In this document: positions 26,935-37,800 of the stretch, piece by piece
Position numbering within the stretch: the first letter of the stretch is position 1
Layout: every line of letters starts with the position of its first letter
DNA from: a virus
Direction: 5' to 3' (one strand)
Length of the DNA stretch: 64,000 nucleotides
IMG/VR virus record: IMGVR_UViG_3300009514_000888
Coordinates: 96,001 to 160,000 of that record
The notes under the pieces: model-generated
What the model saw: the letters and a program-made list of their open reading frames with translations, nothing else
Told to the model about the DNA's origin: nothing
Database searches by the model: none
Translations under genes and position numbers: made by a program

Positions 26935-27536
26935 TGCATAACTTGGAAATCCAGAAATTAGCGCAAGATACGGTTGTCGGTAGATATGATATCTACAAAC
27001 TCGTTAAAAAGATTGGGCTTAATAACAATGTTGCCGAGATAGGGGTGGCAAAAGGTAAGAACTTCGCCAAAATCGTCTGGTATGCTCTGCCCAAGTATGC
27101 GGTGGGCATTGATCTTTGGGAATGGACAGAAGACAATTTGTGGTGGACACAGGAGTTCTTTGATAGTTACCGACGTAAAATAATAGAAGCAAAACCCGCT
27201 CTGGAAGAAAAGACCGGGGCTAAAATTGACTACATCAAGGGCGACTGCCACAAAATAGTTCATCAGTTTGAGGATGAATTTTTTGACTTCATATACATCG
27301 ACTGCGACCATAGATACGAATATGTCAAAAGAGACCTGAATGACTGGTGGCCCAAGCTGCGATCTGGAGGGATCATGGCAGGGCATGACTATCTAGAGAA
27401 ATCTTGCTGGAAAGGCGCGTGGACCTACGGAGTCGTGACTGCCGTGAATGAGTTTGTGAAGGAACATGAACTTTCCTGGATGCATTTAACTACTAAAGAT
27501 AGCGATCCTAGCTATATGTTCCTGAAACCAGAGTGA
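26931..27536 (+). CDS. Class I SAM methyltransferase (Methyltransf_24-like)
   Basis: AEIGVAKG, FDFIYIDCDH and GGIMAGHDY motifs. Confidence 0.9.
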   Translation: MMHNLEIQKLAQDTVVGRYDIYKLVKKIGLNNNVAEIGVAKGKNFAKIVWYALPKYAVGIDLWEWTEDNLWWTQEFFDSYRRKIIEAKPALEEKTGAKIDYIKGDCHKIVHQFEDEFFDFIYIDCDHRYEYVKRDLNDWWPKLRSGGIMAGHDYLEKSCWKGAWTYGVVTAVNEFVKEHELSWMHLTTKDSDPSYMFLKPE

Positions 27537-28244
27537 GTGTAAGCAACGGGGGACAAACTGAGCCATATCGAATTTGCCAATGCATTTCGCGGTTTCAGCC
27601 CCCAACAACTGACGAGCGTTAAGCACCTTTCTAACTTCATTTGCTGCCAGGCTGGTTTGGCTCTCAATCGAAAATCAATCGATATGGACCTTTCCCGTTT
27701 GATAGAATGTTGGGGCGGCGTCAAATGCAAACAGTATCCCGATGAGCTGGCTCGATTACTGGTTTATATCTATAATAATAAGCATAAAATCAATAGTTAC
27801 CTGGAAGTGGGTATAGAAAATGGGGGAACGTTTTTTGTGATAGACAGCTTCTTGAGAGCAGTCAATCCGAAATACGAAGGGGGGTACGGGGTGGATGTGC
27901 GATATCGTCGCGGTAGCCTCAATATGATCTTGGACTACCAGATGGCGTACCCTGATAGCTATATCAAGATAGTTCATGCCAACCATGTTTATGAATGGAC
28001 GGTTCCCAAAACCTTTGACCTGTGTTTCATCGATGCAGAACATCGCTATCATGCAGTTCTTAGGGATTACACGAAGTATAAGCCGTTCTCAAAGATTATG
28101 GCTTTTCATGATATTGCGTTGCCTATGCGAGAGAAGTCCACATCGGATTTGTGGGAAGAAATTAAAACAGAAGATTCGATAGAAATATTGAATGAGGACG
28201 ATAGATTTCGTACTCCGGTTGGAATCGGAATACTGAATCCGTGA
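27533..28244 (+). CDS. Methyltransf_24-like protein, apparently frameshifted at a G5 run near its 5' end
   Basis: YLEVG, FDLCFIDAEH and MAFHDI; the frame is open from 27543 without an ATG, while a coupled GTG at 27533 is in another frame. Confidence 0.7.
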
Positions 28245-28984
28245 AACCAACTCAGAAATCAGCAGATATCTACCGATGCTTCGGCACTGGACTCGGGGAC
28301 ATTCTTATATCCCTGAGTGTTTATTATGACTACAGTCAGAACCGCAATGAGATCATGCAACTGTCCTCGTGGTATCCTAAATATATAGGAGAATCCTGCA
28401 AACATCGAAACTGCGATCTTAAATTAAGAGAGATATATTCCCTGATTGAGGAACCCGAAAATGCCGCGATAGAAATTGTCAAAGATGAGCCTACGCATAT
28501 ATTTAATGTGGATGCCATGAATCAAACAGTATTTAAGAGATCAAGGCCATGTTGGCTACCGCGTCAGCATAAGACTATATCTTATCAATTGAATGCATCC
28601 TCCAAAAGGCGTTACAATATGTCTCAGGAACAGCAGGGAGAGTTGATATGCCAATGGCAGAAAAAGGGATATGAGACAGTGGGTTTGGGGACTCGCTTCT
28701 CTTTGGAAGAATGCGCCAAAGTGTTGTCGAACAGCTGGGCGTTCGTGGGGGCTGCAAGCGGAATGGCTTCTCTCGGATATGCGGTAGGCGTGCCTGTGTT
28801 TTTGATACGTAATGGATTCTGCTTGGACTATCTGATGCAAATCAGGCATGGTCATTTTGTTATTGTCGAGGATTATGACGAGTTCCAGGAGACGTTCCCT
28901 CAATATCTGTCGCATGGCATGGATTATTATAGACAGATCGCTTGTAATGCAGACCTCCTGAATCATCCGATACAAACGTCATGA
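28241..28984 (+). CDS. GT9/fucosyltransferase-like GT-B protein
   Basis: GTGLGD and FVGAASGMASLGYAVGVP motifs. Confidence 0.55.
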   Translation: MKPTQKSADIYRCFGTGLGDILISLSVYYDYSQNRNEIMQLSSWYPKYIGESCKHRNCDLKLREIYSLIEEPENAAIEIVKDEPTHIFNVDAMNQTVFKRSRPCWLPRQHKTISYQLNASSKRRYNMSQEQQGELICQWQKKGYETVGLGTRFSLEECAKVLSNSWAFVGAASGMASLGYAVGVPVFLIRNGFCLDYLMQIRHGHFVIVEDYDEFQETFPQYLSHGMDYYRQIACNADLLNHPIQTS

Positions 28985-29748
28985 ATGTATTAGTCACAGG
29001 CCATAGCGGATTCATTGGCTCGCATCTCTATCGTGCTCTTTTGGCTGACGGCCATTATGTTCTGGGATGGGATGATGTCCGGAACCCATCTTCCATTACC
29101 ATGGCCGTCAGTCAAGCAGATGTCATTTTTCATCTAGGCGCTCGCGTCAATACATTGGAACAGGATGTGAATCGCATTATGTTCGAGAACTACCATATCA
29201 CAAAGATATTGGTTGATGAGGCAGAAGAAAATGGAGCAAAGGTTGTATTCGCATCTTCTGCGGCGACTTATGGCGTCTCTGGTACACCAGCAAATGCCTA
29301 TGGATGGAGCAAGTATTGCGCCGAGCAATATGGACTTAAAGCTTGCTCTAGATTTGTCTCCTTACGCTACTTTAATGTCTATGGACCAGGAGAGGGGCAC
29401 AAGGGAGCGATGGCGTCCGTGGCTACACAGTCGATGCAGAAAGGAAGTTTTACACTATTTCCAGGTAAACCATCAAGAGATTTCGTTTATGTCTTTGATG
29501 TTGTTAACGCGAATATCTGGGCCATGGAAAATATTGAGCATGGAGTTTATGAGGTAGGTAGCGGAGAATCCAGAACCTTTGAGGATGTATTAAGCATATT
29601 GGGCATTCCATTCGATTACCATGACGCATCATCCATTCCGCATGGATATCAGATGCGAACACAGTCTGATTGCGAACAATGGATGCCTGGCTGGAGTCCA
29701 CGCTATACGCTAGAATCCGGGTTAACGGAATATTTGAGATCGCCATGA
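28981..29748 (+). CDS. hldD: NDP-sugar epimerase, ADP-L-glycero-D-manno-heptose 6-epimerase-like
   Basis: GHSGFIG, ASSAATYG, YGWSK and LRYFNVYGPGEGHKGAMASV motifs. Confidence 0.72.
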   Translation: MNVLVTGHSGFIGSHLYRALLADGHYVLGWDDVRNPSSITMAVSQADVIFHLGARVNTLEQDVNRIMFENYHITKILVDEAEENGAKVVFASSAATYGVSGTPANAYGWSKYCAEQYGLKACSRFVSLRYFNVYGPGEGHKGAMASVATQSMQKGSFTLFPGKPSRDFVYVFDVVNANIWAMENIEHGVYEVGSGESRTFEDVLSILGIPFDYHDASSIPHGYQMRTQSDCEQWMPGWSPRYTLESGLTEYLRSP

Positions 29749-30725
29749 AGAAAGCATATATCATTGGTATATCTGGCCAGGACGGTTCTTTGATGGCGGA
29801 TTTGTTGCATCGAAAGGGATACCAGGTGGCGGGCTGCTGCCGAAACGAACGGCAAGCATCCGCCTATCTCAGGGAGAAAGCAAAAGTCAATCGCGTTGAC
29901 TTGAATGTAGATATCAAGAAGATTGTCCATCGTATCGCTAGATTCTGTCCAAACGAAATATATAATTTTGCAGGCGTAACAGAACTGGAAACATCTCTTG
30001 ATTTCCCTGCCTATACTATGAACGTGAATGCATATGTCATTATGGAGATGATCGAAAAACTGAGCCAGATTCGCAAGTTTGCAAGACACCAGATCAAGTT
30101 CTGCTTGGCGAATTCATGCGAAATCTTTGGCGATCATCCAGGCCCGCATACAGAATTGACGCCGCTTAGCCCGCAATCCCCCTATGCTACAGCCAAGGCT
30201 GCTCTTTTGGAGATGTCCAGGCATTACCGTCGAAAGGGTATCTTTGTCTCAAATGCTATTTTACACAATCACGAGAGTCATGCGAGGCGAAAGGGGGTCG
30301 TTTACAGGGTTACATCTTTTGCCAAAGCATACGCAGCTTCGTCGCTGACGCTTGGCAATGTCGATACCTGCCGAGACTGGGGGTATGCCCAGGATTACAT
30401 GGATGCCATGTGGCTCATGAACCAGCATGACTCGCCTGACGACTATGTTGTTGCTTCTGGGGTATCTCATTCTGTGAAAGAGATGTGTACGATGGCGATG
30501 AGGCAGAGGGATATAGAGATGGAATGGACGACCGGCCCGGAGATATTCGCTTATGACAAGCGAACTGGATATAAGGTGTTTGTGTCTGATCCTGGAAGAA
30601 GTCGTCCAGGAGATGTCCCCAAACGATCTGGGAACATCTCTAAGATTCAGAAGGCTCTTGGCTGGAGCCCGCAGATGACATTTTCTGAGATGATTCGACT
30701 TCTTGTTTCTGGCGAATCTGCTTGA
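29745..30725 (+). CDS. gmd: GDP-mannose 4,6-dehydratase
   Basis: GISGQDG, SPYATAK, NHES, LGNVDTCRDWGYAQDY and PDDYVVASG motifs. Confidence 0.88.
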   Translation: MKKAYIIGISGQDGSLMADLLHRKGYQVAGCCRNERQASAYLREKAKVNRVDLNVDIKKIVHRIARFCPNEIYNFAGVTELETSLDFPAYTMNVNAYVIMEMIEKLSQIRKFARHQIKFCLANSCEIFGDHPGPHTELTPLSPQSPYATAKAALLEMSRHYRRKGIFVSNAILHNHESHARRKGVVYRVTSFAKAYAASSLTLGNVDTCRDWGYAQDYMDAMWLMNQHDSPDDYVVASGVSHSVKEMCTMAMRQRDIEMEWTTGPEIFAYDKRTGYKVFVSDPGRSRPGDVPKRSGNISKIQKALGWSPQMTFSEMIRLLVSGESA

Positions 30726-31704
30726 TTTTTTCAGCATCGCTGCCGTAATGGAGAGCGCCGCCCTCGTAATACCATTCGATTGCCCGAATCACATCCATCG
30801 GCTTGATCATGTCCATGCACCTTGGGATGACCAGGTGATCGCTGATTCTCACGGGATATTCGCATAAATCCTTGCGATCTTTAATATCTCCATCGCCTAT
30901 TTTTTGGCAGCGAGATTTCCAGCATCCGCCATTATCGCAACAGTCCAGGCTACCATTGACCGCCAAGAAGCGATGGTGCGGATAGGCTTCCCACTGGGGC
31001 GGTTCACGGCCTCCGGCTATGACAACTGCGGCCCTGTTTAGGGGGCGGCCTGGCTTGACTGGAGCGGCTGCGGCAAGATGCATCGCCCATGTTACAGGGC
31101 ATAACACTCCCACTGAATGATAAACCAGGCGAATGAATTGACGGGCATCTGTTTTTCCAATGAGATCAATCACATTTTCTAGCTTAGGATGAAAATGACC
31201 CTTTTCTCCAACCTGTACAAATGTGATTCTGCCTAAAAAATGGTTGACGACCTGCTGATACCAGTCAGGATTCCACCACTTGCTTGAGAAGTCCGTCTTC
31301 CCACCAGCCACAATGACCCAAAAGTCGTCGTCCAAACCTATCTCCTGAACTTGACTCATCCAAGACTGCTCGTCCTCCGAAAGATGAATATCTCCCTTGA
31401 AATCGATGGGCCTGAGGTTGATCTCTAATTGATCAGATAGAAAGTCATGAAAACCATGAATGAAGTGATAAGGAGAGGTATTGCTGCGATGGATCAATGG
31501 ATATTCGCATTCCAGGACTTTAACATCATCATCATTTTCGTCTAACTTTATAATGTAGGGATTGTTTTCCCAGATTGCGTCGCATGGTGTGCGAACATCC
31601 GTTTGATATTGGTCAGGAAATGTAATATGCAGATCGCGTATCGCCGCTGTCAGCATCATGATGTCGCCAGGACAAAGGCTGTGCTTAAGAACATATTTCT
31701 TCAT
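30640..31704 (-). CDS. GT9 (heptosyltransferase-like) protein with Cys-rich C-terminus
   Basis: PGDIMMLTAAIRDL, AGGKTDFSSKWW, LIGKTDARQFIRLVYHS and GGREP motifs. Confidence 0.85.
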   Translation of the reverse strand: MKKYVLKHSLCPGDIMMLTAAIRDLHITFPDQYQTDVRTPCDAIWENNPYIIKLDENDDDVKVLECEYPLIHRSNTSPYHFIHGFHDFLSDQLEINLRPIDFKGDIHLSEDEQSWMSQVQEIGLDDDFWVIVAGGKTDFSSKWWNPDWYQQVVNHFLGRITFVQVGEKGHFHPKLENVIDLIGKTDARQFIRLVYHSVGVLCPVTWAMHLAAAAPVKPGRPLNRAAVVIAGGREPPQWEAYPHHRFLAVNGSLDCCDNGGCWKSRCQKIGDGDIKDRKDLCEYPVRISDHLVIPRCMDMIKPMDVIRAIEWYYEGGALHYGSDAEKIKQIRQKQEVESSQKMSSAGSSQEPSES

Positions 31705-32105
31705 GCATCATATTTCGGTTTTTCTGCTTTGTCGCTTTTGCCTCGTCCGCTGCGAGACAGTTCTTCCTCCGTCCATTCATCGCGGAAGCCTGCCCCGAGA
31801 CGCCCATAGTCTTTGACAATAGGCAGTAGCTTGGTGGAAGAGAACGCCCCTATCACCGTCTGAATGTCCTCAATATCTTCCTCGGTTTTCAACTTTTTCG
31901 CAAAATCTGAAATACCCAATGCGAGAGCCATGCTCCCCAGCATGCCGTCTTCCGTGCCGGATAGCTTGTCGCTGATATCAAAATGATCCAAAAGCCTCCG
32001 ACGAAAATCTTGCCTGAGATTACCAATGTTGCGAATTAGAAAGATTGCTCTGTCCCTCTCTACAAAAGTGTCCAGAGAAACGTTGTATTGACCATGAGGC
32101 ATCAC
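31701..32105 (-). CDS. Hypothetical protein
   Basis: ATGA-coupled to the downstream minus-strand gene. Confidence 0.6.
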   Translation of the reverse strand: MMPHGQYNVSLDTFVERDRAIFLIRNIGNLRQDFRRRLLDHFDISDKLSGTEDGMLGSMALALGISDFAKKLKTEEDIEDIQTVIGAFSSTKLLPIVKDYGRLGAGFRDEWTEEELSRSGRGKSDKAEKPKYDA

Positions 32106-32185
32106 CGAACCCTCGAAAAGGAAAATGACGATAATATTACTAACACTACAGATTATCGACGCGGCAATCCTTGGAGATATAATTT

Positions 32186-32911
32186 ATGCCCTATGACTTT
32201 GGCGATCTACCCTACCAGAAATTCGTAATTGTTAGCGATCATCGATCTGGATCATATATGGTTCGATCCGCGCTGGAGTCCCATCCGCATATCCTGTGTC
32301 ATAACGAAGTCTTTCATGAAACCAGACAAGCCGCGTATCGCACAATGGCAATGGAAGAGGTTCTTAAGAATATGGTTTGGCAGCATATGGAACTGCCTAT
32401 GCAGGCGGTGGGCTTCCTTTTGATGAGATATCAATGCCAAATCAGCAGCCCATTTGCTCCCGTTTGGGATATCCTGGCCCATATGACTGGCCTTAAAGTC
32501 ATTATGTTATCCCGCAAAAATATCGTGGATCGAGCCGTGTCCCTTGCCATCGCACAAAAATTCAACTCTTACAACGATCAGCACCGACTGGCAATGAGAG
32601 ACGATCCCGTTATTGAACTGTCAGTAGATGATTTCTTGAAATCAGTCAATGCCTATACGAAACATATGGTGTATGCTAATCTGAAACTGGGCAGACAGAA
32701 ACTTCAACGCTATTGGTATGAAGATATCCTCGATGATCCTATTAAGACTTATCGCAGCATGCAGCAATTCCTTGGCGTCAAGGAAGTCCTGGACCTGGCA
32801 GCCACAACCCGACGAGTTGAAAAACGATCCCTCCAAGACGTTGTGATCAATTATGCAGAACTAAAGGAGGCAAGCGAACAGACCATCTTTGAAGATCATT
32901 TCAAGGCATAA
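32186..32911 (+). CDS. Sulfotransferase (Stf0-like)
   Basis: HRSGSYMVRSALESHP..EVF, LSRKNIVDRAVS and WYEDI motifs. Confidence 0.82.
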   Translation: MPYDFGDLPYQKFVIVSDHRSGSYMVRSALESHPHILCHNEVFHETRQAAYRTMAMEEVLKNMVWQHMELPMQAVGFLLMRYQCQISSPFAPVWDILAHMTGLKVIMLSRKNIVDRAVSLAIAQKFNSYNDQHRLAMRDDPVIELSVDDFLKSVNAYTKHMVYANLKLGRQKLQRYWYEDILDDPIKTYRSMQQFLGVKEVLDLAATTRRVEKRSLQDVVINYAELKEASEQTIFEDHFKA

Positions 32912-33561
32912 CCATAGCGATTGGACATCTCTCGAATAGCCTCCCCTAATTCAGGGTTCGTGCTCTTCATCTTCCCCCATGTAAGAACGGCATAGTCCTG
33001 ACGTTTGGTATGAAAAAACTCTTTTGGGTCAGGATGAGACTGATAATCTAATCCCAGCCTACGTAATACCTCATGACATATATGTGGTAACTCTGTAAAT
33101 GACTCTACTCTGTACGTGTATTCCGCAATCTCGTCGGCTCTCTTGTGTAGATGGTACCAATATCTCATGGTCCTGAATAACTTGATGGGACAAAAGTATC
33201 CCGACTCTAGCCCACCGCAAGCCCGGTGAGCGGGTATGCCAACCTCCCTGCATTGGTCACATAACTGAGGGAACTGATAGGATAGTCTTAAATGCTTCTC
33301 CACTTTGACCAGCAAGGCATCTCCTTTATGGTAGACACAGGCAGAAGCAATAGAGTTTAGAGGATGACGAACCTGATGAAGGATGCAATCGAATTGATCA
33401 GGGTCATGGAAAATGAAACTGTAGCCCACCACCCCGCCCTTGCTCTTGAAATTTTCATGCTCGACATCTGCCGAACAGGCACGGAGATATTTGGTGATGA
33501 ATCCTGTGCCGCTGCGGGTTGGTGAGGCAATCATGATCCTATTGGGGATAGCCGTATTCAT
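32896..33561 (-). CDS. Sulfotransferase-like protein with Cys4 insertion, paralog 2
   Basis: SPTRSGT, HQVRHPL, CDQC..C..C and RTMRYWY. Confidence 0.7.
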   Translation of the reverse strand: MNTAIPNRIMIASPTRSGTGFITKYLRACSADVEHENFKSKGGVVGYSFIFHDPDQFDCILHQVRHPLNSIASACVYHKGDALLVKVEKHLRLSYQFPQLCDQCREVGIPAHRACGGLESGYFCPIKLFRTMRYWYHLHKRADEIAEYTYRVESFTELPHICHEVLRRLGLDYQSHPDPKEFFHTKRQDYAVLTWGKMKSTNPELGEAIREMSNRYGYALK

Positions 33562-34201
33562 GACATTTGTCCCAAATTTTGCTCGCCAATTCCTCGTCTA
33601 ACTCGCGCAGCAAATCCCAGGTTAACATCGTATATCGTTCGGGATTCTCTCCTCCCCATAAATGGTCAGGTGATGGCTGCTGTTCTGGAATCCCCAGCCT
33701 TCGATACATCTCTTTGCGAGTCCCTTCATCATTGTGGAAATCTTCTACGTGATACCGCCAACTTGATATCTTTTCTGCCGCCAGATTCATGTAATACCAG
33801 TATCGCATGGTCCGCAGGACGCGAATATGGCACAAATATCTTGCGCCGGACCTGTGTCCGCAGCCGTCGTTGACGCCATGACCATGATCCAGACATTGGT
33901 CACAAATCTTCGGGTATTGATACTTGATGGGGAAAAACCCTTCAGGGTCTTCAAAGAAATATACGGGATAGCCGCTACAGGACGACATGACTTTTAAGGG
34001 ATCGCGAACTTGGTGGAAAATAATGTCGAAATCCCCAGGATTCATTTTAATGAAAGTCCAGCCAGTTATCCCATAATATCCTGGCTTGCGATTCTCGTGA
34101 CGAACCGCCACGCGAGGGCGCAGATGATTTAAGGCTTTGAAGATGTACTTGCTGCCCGATCTCATTGTGCCGCAGATCAACACTTGTTGCTTAAATTTCA
34201 T
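33539..34201 (-). CDS. Sulfotransferase-like protein with Cys4 insertion, paralog 1
   Basis: GTMRSGS, HQVRDPL, CDQC..C..C and RTMRYWY; start at ATG 34201. Confidence 0.7.
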   Translation of the reverse strand: MKFKQQVLICGTMRSGSKYIFKALNHLRPRVAVRHENRKPGYYGITGWTFIKMNPGDFDIIFHQVRDPLKVMSSCSGYPVYFFEDPEGFFPIKYQYPKICDQCLDHGHGVNDGCGHRSGARYLCHIRVLRTMRYWYYMNLAAEKISSWRYHVEDFHNDEGTRKEMYRRLGIPEQQPSPDHLWGGENPERYTMLTWDLLRELDEELASKIWDKCHEYGYPQ

Positions 34202-34383
34202 AGTGTGCGGGCAGGAAACCCCTACCCTCGTGGTAGGGGAGGAATGCCGCCTCCTTAACATTAAGCATAACTTTGAAGCCAGTCTCGCTACAAGTTTGAC
34301 TGGTAGGGCGCATTCAACCGTCCATACGTCTCAACCTTCGGGTTAGGGACAATCCCCCTCCCCTTGCGTGAGGGGTAGTTGAA
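34202..34383 (-). mobile_element. 182-bp non-coding IS200/IS605 derivative (MITE/PATE-like)
   Basis: On the minus strand begins TTCAACTACCCC and ends TTCCTCCCC..GGGGTTTCC..CACT immediately before ATGA, like the IsrB element. Confidence 0.75.
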
Positions 34384-34465
34384 GATTATTTTATCGTCCA
34401 CAAAGGGACCAAAACCTTTTTAGGGGAACGTGATATCAGAGTTCATTTGTTATCGGAGTATATAT

Positions 34466-34711
34466 ATGCAGATCAAGTACGGACTAATGGAAGTGCCGTT
34501 TGGGGGAAAAGAACCCCAGAAATGCGCAGATGATAAGTGTATTCGCTATATCAAGCCCGTCGAGGAATGCATGATTGATGTGGCGAACTCTAATGTTTAT
34601 TGCCCAGAGTGCGGGGTCTGCGAGCGGTATGCCCGCAAAAAAGCAGAACAGTGCAAGAGGCAGGGACGAGAGGATTGGGCGAAACGAAACGCTACCATTC
34701 CCCTCGATTAG
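34466..34711 (+). CDS. Small Cys-rich (possible Zn-binding) protein
   Basis: C-x4-C and CPECGVC. Confidence 0.55.
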   Translation: MQIKYGLMEVPFGGKEPQKCADDKCIRYIKPVEECMIDVANSNVYCPECGVCERYARKKAEQCKRQGREDWAKRNATIPLD

Positions 34712-34833
34712 CTCCCTCCACCTCGATTAGCAGGAAGGATATTTGTCGAGCCAGATGAAATAATATCTTTAGGAGGGAATTCTCCAAAGATGTCGCAACT
34801 ATTTTAGAGCAACGCAATATAGGGGGCTAGTAC

Positions 34834-37800
34834 ATGGCCATTGTCACTGATCCCGATGATCTGAATCGCTTTGCAGTAGCGGTTAATCCGGGAATAGAAC
34901 GTATATCAATTCGAGGTCTTGGTACGGCTCGCGTTGCGAAGCAAACAGACGGAGCTGTGACTTTCGGCTCAGGCGACACATGGGACGCTTTTACTGAATT
35001 TACGGGCACTGCGGACTTCGCCTCTGTTGTGGCTGGTGATATACTGACTATCGTGAAGGGCAATAATATCGGGCATTATATCGTATCGTCCGCCCCAACT
35101 ACTTCTCGAATCATTATCGACTCAGCCATTTCAACTTTTAATGGCTTTGACAATCTGGTGACCAATGGTAATTTTGCCTCTGGCGCAAACTGGACTGTTG
35201 ATACAAACTGGGCCATCGGTAGCGGCACGCTGAACTCTACTGCCGCCACAACCGCGCAGAGGGCTTACCAGACTTTGACCGATAACCCCCTGGCTAACTC
35301 CACGGTCTATGAAACAACCTTTGAAATTACCGCCTATACCGGAGGAACAGTCAATATAGACTTGGGAGGCGCTGGCGGCGCAGGTGGTGGCACGGACGGT
35401 GCTGGACGCACTGGCACTGGCGTGTTCACTGAAAGACTTACCTCTCCTGGATCGACTGGGCAACAGGTGACGTTCGAAAATAGCGTTGCTTCAACTCTCA
35501 GTATTGACCATGTTCATGTTTCTGAGTTGGTGACTTACCGCGTTGACCAGGCAACCGGCGAAGCCGCCGGTCCCTCTGGCGGCACGGTCGGCGATGGCGT
35601 TACTCTCCAGGCGGTCTATTCGTTTCTTAAAGAAGAATGGCGAACCTTCGATACGTCCCTGTTCGGAACAACAGGTGCAGATGAAGCTCCTGACTTGATC
35701 AAGTTTACGTTCCCAATCGAATCTATCACGCGCGAACAGTTCGAAATCGGTGGACCTACCCACTCGAATTGGGACTTCGCAGATAATACGACACGAAACC
35801 TGATCCGAACCGGAGGATGGTCATCCATTAATGTCAATAACGTCATTGTGGATGTCTACCCTGGCGTTATTACCCTCGGTAGTCTCGACTCCGATACTGT
35901 TGTTTACTTCATCCAAGCCAATAACTTCACGACGACGCCGACTGACTTCGTTTTGACAGGTGCCGTCAACCAGTCAGTTAACGCCTTGACGGTTACTGGC
36001 GGATTCGCCACAACCAATGTTAGCACCACAAATAAAGTTCCCACAGGACAGGTGACTGGCAATATCGTCTTTACAGCCACCGACACCATCGACGGCGGCG
36101 CTTCTGTCAACTTCGTAACCCTGGGTTATGCCGTAGGTGATAAGGTTCAAATCGTTGCCGCAGAAGATGCTGGTAATATCGGAATATTTACCATTGTGAC
36201 CATTGTCGATAATGCTGGCACCAACGACAGAATGACCGTATCTGGCGTAAGCATTACTTCCAATACCGACGATGACACTGCCCTTCTGAGTCCTGTTACC
36301 GATAACCGCGACTTCCTGAAACTTTTCGCGAGGAAGAAGGCCAGAACGTATGTTGACGCTGACCTGACGGATATCGGTGTTACGCAGCTCGAATCAATCG
36401 TTAACCGATTCCCGCTATCTCACGTTACTGACCCTGCGATTACGCTCGATGACGGGCAACTCGCCGGTGACCCCAGTAACTCCGTTTTCGCGTCCGTTGA
36501 AGTCGTCGATTCGTCAGGCACGAACGGCGATATGACTGCTTCAGTTCCCGCTGACGGAACATTCGCTTTTACTGCCGCTGCCCAGAACTTTAATACAGAC
36601 CTGAACGTCGGCGATACGGTTTCGGTCGAAACTGAAGGCACTGGTGGTTCAACCGCAGATATTGGCTTCTATGAAATTTTGTCTGTTGACGGCGCAACCA
36701 GCTTGACATGCTTTAACGAACCGCTGGTCGGGTCGGTGACTGATCCGTCCTCTGCTGATGTTACTTTCTCAACCTATACAAGATATCGCAAACAACAGGC
36801 AACAGATGGCGTTCTTTCAGACCCAACGGGAGCAGATAATGAAGGACGATTGACCTCCGCTGGCGGAACCTTTACCACAGATGGCGGCATCGGCGACCGC
36901 ATTGTTGTCGCTGGCGACATGGTCGTCATGACAGATGGATTTCTGATTGGTCCGTTTACTGGAGCTAACGGGTTAATTTTCTCGGGTGCCACAATCGAGG
37001 AAATTGGTAATAACGATTTTACCGCAGATGGGCTGATCGTCGGCGACCGTATTACAATCGCTTCTGCCGAAGATGCTGCAAACAATGGAACTTATGATAT
37101 CATAGCTATCGCAACCACCTCCTTCGACATCCTGACTGTTCGAAATACGGATGGCACAGCGGTATCGTTTACCGGCAATACCGATGATGAAACCGCGACC
37201 ATTCGAAGCGATAACTGGGAAGGCGTTTACAAGGTCGCAACAGGCGGCGTCGCCGCTACCACGCTGGACGTTGAACTGAATGATCCAGATGACCACTTCC
37301 CGACTTCTGGCACAGCCACGTCGATTACGTTCCACGTTTTGCGACCGACCATGATTCTGCAATATCGAAGTAAATTTGCCGCTCCAAGAGGACCAACCCT
37401 TAGCTTAGCCTATTCAGGCGCAACGATTCGAAGAACGGCGGACATCCCGTTTGCTTGGTCGGAAGATAACTATGTTGTTGGCGGAACAGTTGTGACGGCT
37501 AGCTCCGAAGATGGCGGCGTTAATAATGGTACATTTATTATTACTGCCCTGTCGAACGGCGGACAACCTGATGATACCGTTACCTTGATTAACACAGACG
37601 GTACGACTCCATCGTTTACTGCAAATACTGACGATGATAGCGTTACCATTACTGGTAACAGCGGTCACGTTCGAGCCATGAACGGCGTCAACTATTCGTT
37701 CAACTGGCGTTTGTTTGGTAATAGCGGAACGCTTGCTCAATGCTTCCAATGGATTCAGAGACAGCTGCGTCGCGGTCGAGCCTCGGAAACTCTGGCTCAG

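Noticed and set aside
34702-34731. 11-bp direct repeat CCTCGATTAGC (two copies)
   Set aside because: Only two short copies with no associated element; could be a small duplication scar but is not interpretable.
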